Below, in pieces: positions 1 through 9,554 of a DNA stretch of 64,000 nt. Positions within the stretch are counted from its first letter, which is position 1. Each line of letters begins with the position of its first letter. The position numbers and the translations under genes were made by a program. Location of the stretch: the NCBI GenBank assembly GCA_051294905.1, contig CM119386.1, positions 3,162,001 through 3,226,000 on the forward strand, read 5' to 3'. This DNA comes from Botryllus schlosseri (taxonomy: Eukaryota). The notes beneath the pieces were generated by a model that did not search any database, was not told the DNA's origin, and saw only the letters and a program-made list of their open reading frames with translations.

Positions 1-222
1 CCACTGCTTAAATCTGATTTACCCATACATAACAGTGAATCCCGACGACGACACGCTTGGATGTAAGCTTGTGTTTCCGAACATTCTAGAGGGCGCTTTT
101 ATCTGAGCGATGGGTGTAAAGCAACTATGTCAAAGGGTGAAGCAACACACCACGCTCCCTCAAATGGAGGTCGTACAGATATGCATATGTCAAAGTGGGC
201 ACCAGCACCCGCTGGGGGTCAC

Positions 223-456
223 TGACCACGACCTAACATCAATCTCGCCTTCCGCCACATGTCACTTCATTTTGTCGCTTGCTTTTCATATTCTCTGCTT
301 TACTTTTCATTCAGTGTGCATGCCTCTTCTTTACTTCGCCTAGGCCAAGGTGTGTGTCTGATCTCAAAGACTACTCCAAGTTGTTTCGACACCTTCCTAT
401 CTTTTCATTGTCTCGCAGTTTTGTGGTGTTTTGAAATGATGGAAATATTAATAAAA
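223..456 (+). mobile_element. Short retroposon/LINE 3' end, family A (diverged copy)
   Basis: Shares TTTCATTCAGTGTGCATGCCTC..CGCCTAGGCCAAGG and terminal AATAAA with 4831-5104 and 23228-23497. Confidence 0.75.
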
Positions 457-504
457 CAGACTGATTGATTGACTATGAAATGGGCGATTGGCGGGCGCTG
501 GCTA

Positions 505-966
505 CACTACAAAAAAAAATTGGACAAATTTGGTCTCAAATTTAAGAAATGAGGATGATTTGGTCTCATTTTCAACGATTTCAGTCTCACTGATGGTCTC
601 ATTTTACCCACTCACCATAAATGCTATTTTCGACTCAGACAACCATATATATATTGATCTGAATAGTACGTGTGAATAGTAAGTGGCATGTACCTTGATA
701 ACTATATCTAGTGAATACCTTGTAAACATAGTACAGGATCGTCTCAACACTGCAATTTCTGGTCTCTCTCACCCTTCCCCTCCTACGCTCAGACCCCTAA
801 CACTGAAAGGGATGCCCCCAAGGCACTGCTACTATTTTCGATCAATTTCTGGCTTACTTTTGAGACATAAAGTACTTGGTAAGACTAATTGGTCTTTAAG
901 ACTTTTTTTTTGTAAAAAATCGATTTGAGACATTGAGACCAAATTTGTCTGATTTTTTTTGTAGTG
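505..966. mobile_element. CACTA/EnSpm-type MITE
   Basis: ~34-bp TIRs CACTACAAAAAAAAATTGGACAAATTTGGTCTCAA / TTGAGACCAAATTTGTCTGATTTTTTTTGTAGTG, TA on both flanks, subterminal GGTCTCA repeats. Confidence 0.8.
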
Positions 967-1687
967 TATAAATTGAGAGCTACAGTGGCGCTGATACTTG
1001 ACTTCTCGTGCAAGGGGCTCCAGCAGAAAATGTTTGGGACACACTATGCTAAAGAAACACAATGTAGACTAGTTTCAATAATTTTGCACTAGAAACCAGC
1101 TATAAGATTACCAAAGTCTCAAGGATTCCAATAATGTCTACAGATTACAGTAGCGGAGTGGCCTGTAGCTTATAATGAAAAATCATCCAACCCTTTTATC
1201 TACCGCCGTAGTATAGTTTATTGAACAATAATTGCAATCAGTATCTTTGCAGCAATGGGCCTACACTCGTTATTACCTCTTGCGCATATTTTGGTCAACT
1301 GTAGGCCTATGTATGTTGATGAATTATAAGGCAACACAGAGTTGGAAACTGTTTCTTATATAAAATAGAGTTATATTAATGATCAAGTAAAATGAATGTA
1401 GACTGAACAGCTGCTGCATATAGAAGTTGAAGAGCCACCGGCAGAATGAATACCGGTATCGATAACAGTAAACAAATGGCACCACTAGAGCTTGCTTGGT
1501 ACTTACCCCACCGGTTGTCTGACTAAATATATAAAGACAATTTTTCGCTTTTTCCAGGTTTTGATATATGTTTAATCAATCTCTTGGATTTTTTGCTATA
1601 TTTTACAAGCCTACCGGTCGACATTCATGGAGTTGTAGGGTATATGAGTTAACAATAATACGAGACGGCAGGAGGTGCGTGACTTAC

Positions 1688-1760
1688 CTTTGACGCCAAC
1701 TTCGAGCATTTCTGTGGGAATACTTTCGGCCATAGCAGAAGCTTCCAGTGGAGACAAAGC
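1688..1760 (-). CDS. Possible 5' exon of an unidentified minus-strand gene (MAESIPTEMLEVGVK...)
   Basis: Open frame between acceptor TTATAG and strong donor AAAG|GTAAGT; product not recognised. Confidence 0.35.
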
Positions 1761-2058
1761 CTATAAGTTTAGCGTCATCATATCATAATAAATAAACACT
1801 GCAAGACTTGGCGGGAAACCAGAGGTTGGCATTTCGTGACCGGTTCCGGAGCCGAAGTAAGAGCGGGGCATTATCACTGAACTGAATCAACAAACACTGA
1901 ATCAACATAACATTATCGATAGGGCATAATTTCGTCGATTTTAATCACTGAGCTATAGTCGGATTACATCCGGCTTTTTAATTTGCTTCGAACATTGGAG
2001 TTAGGATTTTTTTAGTGAAATATGGAAAAGAAGGAGGATTTCAGCAGGATTGTTCGGA

Positions 2059-2280
2059 CTCTGAATTGTAAATTCACCTGGCACATATTTTCGAACTCGA
2101 AAATCCGGATGGATTCGTGTTCCGAAAATTGAGAATTCAACCATCTCCGTGGAAAACTGTTAGAGATTTCTTGATTGACGAGAAGAGGTGAGCGGATATC
2201 TAAATTTCGGAATCAGAAGCCATCCAGCCCTTAGAAATTTAGAATCCGAAAAAACCGCCTGGTGAATTTCAAATTCAGAG
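2059..2280. repeat. Inverted repeat pair inside a GGATT/AATCC-rich MITE remnant
   Basis: CTCTGAATTGTAAATTCACCTGGC (from 2059) vs GCCTGGTGAATTTCAAATTCAGAG (2256-2280). Confidence 0.6.
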
Positions 2281-2525
2281 TACGACGGGGAAATCGCACT
2301 CAAATTATAGTAGTTACTCGATACGGGGTTTTCCGATCACCATGAAGTTTTAAAGCGCACGCTGAAATCTCTCACCTCCAAACCGCACCATCTGAATTTT
2401 CTGACACCCGTATCACAAATTTCCAAGCTCGCAATTTCTAGAATTCATTGTGTGTACCGGGGCTGTGCAGGTAAATTCGGTAAATTTTACCACCGACTCC
2501 AACTCCGACTCCGAACATTGTCAGC

Positions 2526-3087
2526 CAGAGATGAGCGGATTTGAAATTTCTATGTCCTAATCCAATCCAAAGCCGAATATTCAAATCCTAATCCGTGTCC
2601 TAATCCATAAATTTTGTATATTGCAAGATAGATAGATAGAGAGAGAGAGAGAGAGTCTTTATTTTCCTTCAAAAAACCGACGGCAATGATGATGGTACAG
2701 AAAATATGCACGCACACTTAATTTGCACAGTATTCGCTATCAAATAGGAATGATCAATACGACCGTGAAGGTCAACTATAGTCTGAACACGCCAATCCTA
2801 ATCCTATCCCGATATCAACTTGGAATTCCTCTAAGAAATCCCACATCTTAGGCCTATAATTCTGTAAAAATAAATCATAAAACGCATGAGTGCATAAGTG
2901 CATCAAAATACTTTGGTAGAATGAAAAACTTTGTCGCCATTCGCCACATGACATCAATCTCCCGTAAGTCGGTAAATCCAATCCTAATTCTAATCCATTG
3001 AAAAAAATCTGAAATCCTAATTCACTCCTAATCCGACAAAGTTTAACAAATCCGGTTCTCACAAATCCTAATCCATGCTCGTCTCTG
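2526..3087. mobile_element. MITE with CTAATCC subterminal repeats
   Basis: Imperfect TIRs CAGAGATGAGCGGAT / ATCCATGCTCGTCTCTG; many TCCTAATCC units; no clear TSD. Confidence 0.65.
2627..2793 (-). mobile_element. (CT)n-tailed short retroposon, family B
   Basis: GA-repeat tail then TCTTTATT (AATAAA on minus); homologous to 22968-23140 and 43066-43242. Confidence 0.75.
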
Positions 3088-3188
3088 ATACAGATTACAA
3101 CTCCGATTCCAACTCCCGAGTCGAACCCAACTGAAACGGCCGGCCTCGAGTCCAAATTTCAATGCATTTAGAAAAATGTTCATAAAAT

Positions 3189-3267
3189 CCGAACCACGAG
3201 ACTTGAACCGACACCCAGTATATCGCTGTAATCGTGAAACAGCCGCCTAACCAACTGAGCTACTCTC
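3189..3267 (-). ncRNA. tRNA-derived sequence (SINE head or tRNA pseudogene)
   Basis: Minus strand has A box TAGCTCAGTTGG, B box GGTTCAAGTC and stem GCTGT/ACAGC with a 9-nt loop; acceptor, D and T stems do not pair properly. Confidence 0.65.
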
Positions 3268-3553
3268 AAAGCGAGAGAGAAACAGGTGATGCCCCTATAC
3301 CAAGAAGTGTTCTCAACTTTTTGAAAATAAAAGAGAATTTGCTTCTTGAATTTGCGACTACGTCATACATAGACGTGCTCGGGATAGAATCATCGCCTGA
3401 CTGATTTCACAGCAATATCAGGATTCCAAAATGACCTGAGTGAGGTTCTTACGATAATACAATCGACTGTAACGACCGCTGATATACCGATGGCTACAGT
3501 TGGCTATAGCGCGATTGATGCCAGGCGTCTCGCATTCAGTGCACATACACGCG

Positions 3554-5220
3554 CCGCGTGTTATTGTAGTATTGACGACGCTCATTCAATGATTCAATTC
3601 ACAGTGCCGGACGCCGATGTATGTAATCGCTTCGTACGAGTTACTAAGTACTAGATAGTGCTTTATCGAAACACACCTTGCTCTTGTACAACAAGTAGAA
3701 ATGAATATATATTGGTTGGATTGACAGGTAGTCATATCTGCAATATAAAATGCAGTGTTTCACTGCTATTTTACTGGGCATTTGAAGAAAGATTAGGTCA
3801 TACGGGGCCTACGATAACTTATCGTAGGCCCCGGGTCATATTATGCAAGCCTTTCATCCACAATGGTGATGTAGACAATCGCTTTGAGACAAGGGCTGTC
3901 TATTGAACCAATAGGCATCCTGATAACCCAGCTATCACGACATGCGCATCACAGCAATCAGTTTCGAAGTGCACAACTCGACCGCCGACTCTACATACCT
4001 ATTTCTTCGCTAATTTGACAATGGACATTGAACATTCAACCATATTTAGGTTTTGTTCTCTACCATGGGCCAGATCTGAAACATTTTCACCAGAATTGAA
4101 GCCATTTACGGACATAAATTTTCTGTCATATCGATTGCGCTTTGGAGATCTTGTAGCTCGCTGAACTGAACACCATCATGTTGGTAATGCTGTATTAGTA
4201 TGAAAAGCAGCAATCGATATGCGTAATCTGCAACAGCGAATCTTCGCTAATCACAACAGCAAATATATTACCGCGTGTTATTGTTTGGGTGATAACATAG
4301 TATCGCGGACGTTGAAATGATTCATTTCACAACGCCGGTATATGTAATCGCTTGTCCATCCTTTGTACGAGTTCGTGCCATGTGTTGAAACTAACATTGC
4401 TGTTGTACAACACGCACATCGCAGCAATCAGTTTCGAAGTGCGTTCGTGACCGCAGACTCTACATACCTCGATCCGCTAAATTGAAAATCGACATTCAAC
4501 CATATTTTTGTAAAGTAATTTATTGCGTGGCGCAATATATGCCATTGGCTTTGCTGGTCGTCAAATTTTCATGAATGACCTGCGCGTTGTGGACGGAAAT
4601 CTCGAGCAGACACGAAAACACCTTTCAATACCAGAATCGCGACTGGAGCTTTGATGTGCCGGTACATTTCGTTTTATTCGCTAGGCTACTACGGGAAAGA
4701 CGTGAAACATTTTCACCAGAAGTGCAGCCATTTACGCACATAAATTTCCTGTCATATCAATAGCGGAGATCTTGTAGCTCGCTGAACAATTACTACTGAG
4801 CAATTACTACTAAATAAATACAGTCCATCCTCAAGATTACCGGACCACGACTGACCTATCGATCTCGCTTCCAATGACATGCCGCCCTATTTCTTGTCGC
4901 TTTCTTTTTCTATACTGTATTCTTTACTTTCATTCAGTGTGCATGCCTCCTCTTTACTACGCCTAGGCCAAGGTGGGTGTCCGATTCCATTGACAAATCC
5001 AAGTCGCTTCGACATCTTCCTGTCTATTCATTGTATCGCATTTTTTGTGGTGTATTGAACTGATAAAATTGCTAATAAACCAATGATGATGATGATGATG
5101 ATGATGAACAACATCATGGCAGTATTGGTGTATTAGTATGAAAAGCAAAAATATTCAATATGCGTAATCTTCAACAGCAACAGAAAATACATTGCTAAAA
5201 CCCGCGCATGTTATTTCGTA
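3554..5220. repeat. Diverged tandem duplication (units ~3554-4270 and ~4271-5200)
   Basis: Collinear shared blocks: CGCGTGTTATTG, GCAATCAGTTTCGAAGTGC, GAAACATTTTCACCAGAA, GGAGATCTTGTAGCTCGCTGAAC, TATTAGTATGAAAAGCA. Confidence 0.75.
4790..5104 (+). mobile_element. (GAT)n-tailed short retroposon, family A (young)
   Basis: AATAAA plus (GAT)n tail; TSD TGAACAA at 4783-4789 and 5105-5111; nearly identical to 23228-23497. Confidence 0.85.
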
Positions 5221-5959
5221 AAATATTTTTACTTTCAGTTCAAATAATCTTCTGTGCGACTAATTATTGATTATAAGTATTCCAATAGATGGGCAATGGG
5301 CATAACCAACGCATGTTAGGAGAAAAGATCTGCAAATGAATTTGATGTCTCGGCGATGCGCTGATTTAGGTCACGGGCGCTGGTTTATCTCACGCGCGCA
5401 CATTCACGCGAACGCCGTGGCGAATTGTATTTTGCGCAAAACGTTTTTATGTATTCAATCTGCATTTTGAACAGGCTATTCGATAGTATAAGATGTTATT
5501 TATGGCTCGACGTATGCGTATTGATAATAGCTATCCATCTGTAATAGTTGTAATTGTCTACGACCAGAACAACCCAGGAAATTTTGGATTAAGTAAAGCG
5601 TGTTCGTGAAAATACGCTCAGTTATCATTAATGAGTATGCCGTTTCGACCGCACCGACTCCTACTATTTTCCTCACAGAACTCCGACTCCAAGAATACTA
5701 CAAATTTACTTCGAAAATTATATATGTCACAAGTGAAGGTTTAATGACTTTCATATAACCATTAAACATATCCAAACATATTTTTCACGATGGTATCCAG
5801 AATTGTTTCATTGTGGCATAGCTCTCAATACTTACTGCACAATTAACATGGAAGTTTTAATTTAGAAATATTCTTCATTTTTTCATAAGTTTTTATAACA
5901 TATAGACAAGCCACGGATATTCTCTAATATTATATAAATCATTCAAACATGTTATATAT

Positions 5960-6400
5960 TAGGCTTACCATACGTCCTCTTTTAAGAGGATTTGTCCTCT
6001 TTTTTGACTTTTTTGAAAGTGTCCTCGGAGGACGCCCTTTTGTCCTCTTTTTTGAGATTTTGTCCTCTTTTTTTAGGATTTAGAGCAGATTTAGAGCCAA
6101 TTGCAAGTGATATGCCGCATACTAGCACAGAATTGAAGCTCCGAAGGGTGAAAAACGGTGATTTTAGCTCTGAGCGGAATGATGACCTTTTTTTTTTTTA
6201 ATCATCCACCTAGCAATGTGGAGTGGAAAACGTTAATCTGAGATCTGAGCTGAAAAGATGACCTTTTTTTTTTTTTTTTAGTCAACCGATCACAAAGTGG
6301 GCGAAATTAACCGATTTTTGAGAATTTCACTGCGGTTTTGCAATTTGCAAATTTCTGAAAAAGTGTCCTCTTTTTTGATTTCCAAAATATGGTAAGCCTA
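5960..6400. mobile_element. hAT-Blackjack-like MITE
   Basis: TIR TAGGCTTACCATA / TATGGTAAGCCTA; perfect 8-bp TSD TTATATAT. Confidence 0.9.
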
Positions 6401-6603
6401 TTATATATCCCATCCTGTATAATTAAAATGTGGATAAAAACAATATAGTGTAGCTCTTGTACATGAGTCAGCAAATAATACAGAGATGTACAAATTTTCT
6501 CACTACACACTATATTCTGATTCAAGCACACGCTCTCTCACGACAAATAAAACGGTGTTCAGAAACGAAATTTAGGGAGTAGTCAAATAGCATATGTCTA
6601 CAT

Positions 6604-7735
6604 CAGGGGTCACCAACACGCGGCCCGCGAGGTCCTATTTTGCGGCCCGCGACCTGATTTGAAAAAATTTCAGAAAAACGCTTAGTAAATCATTTTGAAA
6701 CGCTGAAACATAATGTTGTTGTTGTTCATAGTAATCCATTCTACTGTGCCCAATATCACTATTCCTCACTAGTAGGTACGGCTTCGGCATGGTAATATCA
6801 TTCCATGGATGAAGAATTTGCTGGTACGAATGGGCATATTGCCTTGACGTGCAATGGCCCCACCACTGCCAAGACCGAGACGCTTGAAAAACGACTTCGG
6901 GCTCTCCAAAAGACCATGCTTTACGAGGAGATAGTTGTCTAGCAAGTAGGCCTATACCGTGTCTAGCTAACCCCAATATTGATTCTTTAATCCAGGGGTG
7001 GCCAATCTGCGGCAGTAGAAGGGCAATTATGCGGCTGTCGACACTTTTAATAACTACCCTAAGTTTTCGAAGATACACCCTGCATCAGCTCTATCGGTGA
7101 ATCTGATCACATTGGCCGAGAAAGGATAAATATTTTATAGTAATAGGTGAAACTATACTAATATTTATTGACGAAATTCATTCATGAACATGAAAATTTT
7201 TTCGCGCTTCGCGCGTCTACTGAACGGTTTCCTGTGGCTCTTTACAACATAACTACTAACGCATAGTAAGCCAATATGCGTAAATAGATTAGTTCGGAGT
7301 GTACCGGCAATGGACAGGGACAGTTTAACGTGGGTATTTGGCCCCAGTTAGTTTATCGCGACTAACCACCGGTATGCGGCCGCAGGCTACATGAGTGATC
7401 GAAATGCGGCCGTGAATAGCAAAAATGTTGGCCACCCCTGTTTTAGCGGCTACAGAGTGTTGTCAGGTATCGTGTACAGCTCATAGTTCAAAATATAATG
7501 AAATTGATGATACTTTTCGTTGTATTTGTGTTTGTTCAATAAAATATTATTTCTTTTGTGGTGACTATAACAGTCGCGCATGTTAGAGAGCACAGCATTG
7601 TAATAACGTGGAGTTATCAGACGTGGTTATTGAACTGCGTTGCCTACTTTTATCTCGATATTGATGTCATGCGGCCCGCGGCCTCTAGGAATTTGGAAAA
7701 GTGGCCCGCGACCCATTTTGAGATGGCGACCCCTG
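6604..7735. mobile_element. hAT-Charlie-like non-autonomous element
   Basis: TIR CAGGGGTCACCA / TGGCGACCCCTG, GCGGCCCGCG subterminal motifs, TSD GTCTACAT/GTACACAT (6/8). Confidence 0.8.
6993..7440. mobile_element. hAT-Charlie-like MITE nested in 6604-7735
   Basis: Perfect 13-bp TIR CAGGGGTGGCCAA / TTGGCCACCCCTG; TSD degraded. Confidence 0.8.
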
Positions 7736-8182
7736 GTACACATGCACTTAGTCAAGTATCCCTAGACTAGGACTATACTTGCACTCTTTATATTTGTTGA
7801 ACCCAAGCGACTGAGATACTTATTTTATAATAAGAAATATATTACATTTTGGCAAGTTGGAAGCAGCACTTTACATTTCACAACCGATGTTGTCCCTTTT
7901 AAAACCACACGATTTATTAACTCTTTCACAGTATCATAACATAATCCCAAAAATTCCACCAATTTGTGACCGCATCGTCGATTTTGCGTTAATCACGAAG
8001 ATGCATCTTGCAATGTTCTTCCTCTAGTCTATGCAATTGAATTGCAATTTGCAAATAATGGCAATTTATCAATATCGTTATCAATAACAGTGATTGTTGG
8101 TACAAACAAATCCTATTTTATTTAATATGAGTAATTTCAAGAGACCTGTGAAAGCACTTGCATGCTTTCATATTAAACAAGT

Positions 8183-8344
8183 TGGAGTCGGAGTCAGGAC
8201 CATTTTCACTAACGCTGACGCCGACTCCAGCCAGTATTTTTTCACGGATCCGACTCCAGGGAGTGCTAAAATTTTTTAGACTTCGACTCCAATAAGGAAA
8301 AAATTAGCGAAACTACGACTCCGCTCTTCAACTCCACAGCCCTG
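8183..8344. mobile_element. GGAGTC/GACTCC-repeat MITE (partial)
   Basis: GGAGTCGGAGTC then multiple CGACTCC units, ending ACTCCACAGCCCTG. Confidence 0.65.
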
Positions 8345-8899
8345 GTGCCTACATTGTTTTGTTTTTATAATTATATGGGACAGATTTAGGTCGAACCACT
8401 GTTGTACTGTTATTACATTAAATATTTCTTTGCACATCCACTTTCGTGTCTTGTATAACACCATCTAACCAAATGCTTTTTTGATGGAAGATCCTGTAGC
8501 GCCTAAATCATCGTCCTCGCATTCGCGAAACCTATTAGGGTATTTGTTTCTTCATTTATTTAATTTACTGAAATTTGAACGATTTTCAATATGTCCAAGT
8601 CTGGCAGCCATTAGTAGTCGCCGAAAAGGTATAACACCATATGACAGATTGACAGCATCTATGAACAGAACGATAGATGGAGACTATGTAATATATTAAA
8701 TAGCGATGATTTCGCGAATCGAGAATAATAGTTATATTCACATTCATCATTTATATTGTCCACGAGCTCCGTATTACTCCTAACGATGCGCTTTAGGAGT
8801 ATCTCGGTCCGATAACGGTACGCGGCACAGCATTATATTGTAGGCTACTCTCGAAACAAGCTTTTCCTACCGCACTCGAATTTACTTTTTTCGATTGAC

Positions 8900-9554
8900 T
8901 CAAAATTCAGATTTTATCGCAGGAGTTTGTTGGAACGCTCCTTCCAGCTTGTGTTTGCAGTCCGAAAGTGGACCCTTGCCAAGCTTAACTACGAACGCAA
9001 CAGCACATATAGCGCATAGCGCGACCGGCATAGAGGCCGCAAAAGAAACAATCCCTAAAGACATCGCGAACAAGATGAAATGCATTTGGTCCGGGCATAT
9101 CAAGTCGTCGTCCGGAATACTTCTGATTTCTTTGCTTATGACCGCGTTGTGCCTATTGAAAGGCGTGGCGCAATACGTACCAAGGTCCTCGTTATTACCG
9201 AGTTCTCTGTTTATACGTTCGACAGTGGCGTTGTTGTATTGTTTGTCTATCAACACTCGCGGACTTGCATCAAGCAATATCCCTCTTCGCGATATAAACC
9301 AAACCAGCGGCAGTAAGTTACAATCGCAGTTAATGGGGTTGCCGAACAGCCACATGGCTTCCAATCTCGGCACGTAGGATTCGTCGATCTCGAAATTCGA
9401 TCTGGTCACTTCCCACGTGAATTTCAGCGAATACGGCGATACCGAAGGCTCGCCTATCGCCAACGTTGTGAGGGCGCATCCTTGCAAAAATAGAAAGCGT
9501 AGACGGCGCAGGTTTAGGAAAATGACGCTTGGGAGGCTTTCCAAATACCTATTC
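8900..9554 (-). CDS. LRR-TM gene exon 5 (last LRRs, LRRCT, TM, tail, stop)
   Basis: Acceptor TTTCAG; GNPINCDCNL..TYCATP..LICP, hydrophobic helix, ends KSEF*. Confidence 0.92.

Larger units (their letters stand above)
2458..3153. mobile_element. GACTCC-repeat MITE remnant interrupted by nested insertions
   Basis: End CGGGGCTGTGCAG resembles TIR CAGGGCTGTGGAG of 8183-8344; ACTCCG repeats lie on both sides of 2526-3087. Confidence 0.5.

Noticed and set aside
2772-3155. 127-aa ORF, and similar ORFs at 5992, 10159, 12229-12705, 17764, 19358, 22661-23143, 30799-31365, 43092-43419 and 62346-62743
   Set aside because: They lie in or across MITEs and retroposons; no coding motifs.
3189-3267. Functional tRNA gene
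   Set aside because: Acceptor, D and T stems do not pair, and the anticodon loop is 9 nt.
4963-5148. ORF with a poly-His run
   Set aside because: It is the antisense reading of the (GAT)n retroposon tail.
6635-7078. 147-aa minus-strand ORF
   Set aside because: It crosses a nested TE junction and has no recognisable domain.
8895-9377. 160-aa plus-strand ORF
   Set aside because: Antisense shadow of LRR exon 5.
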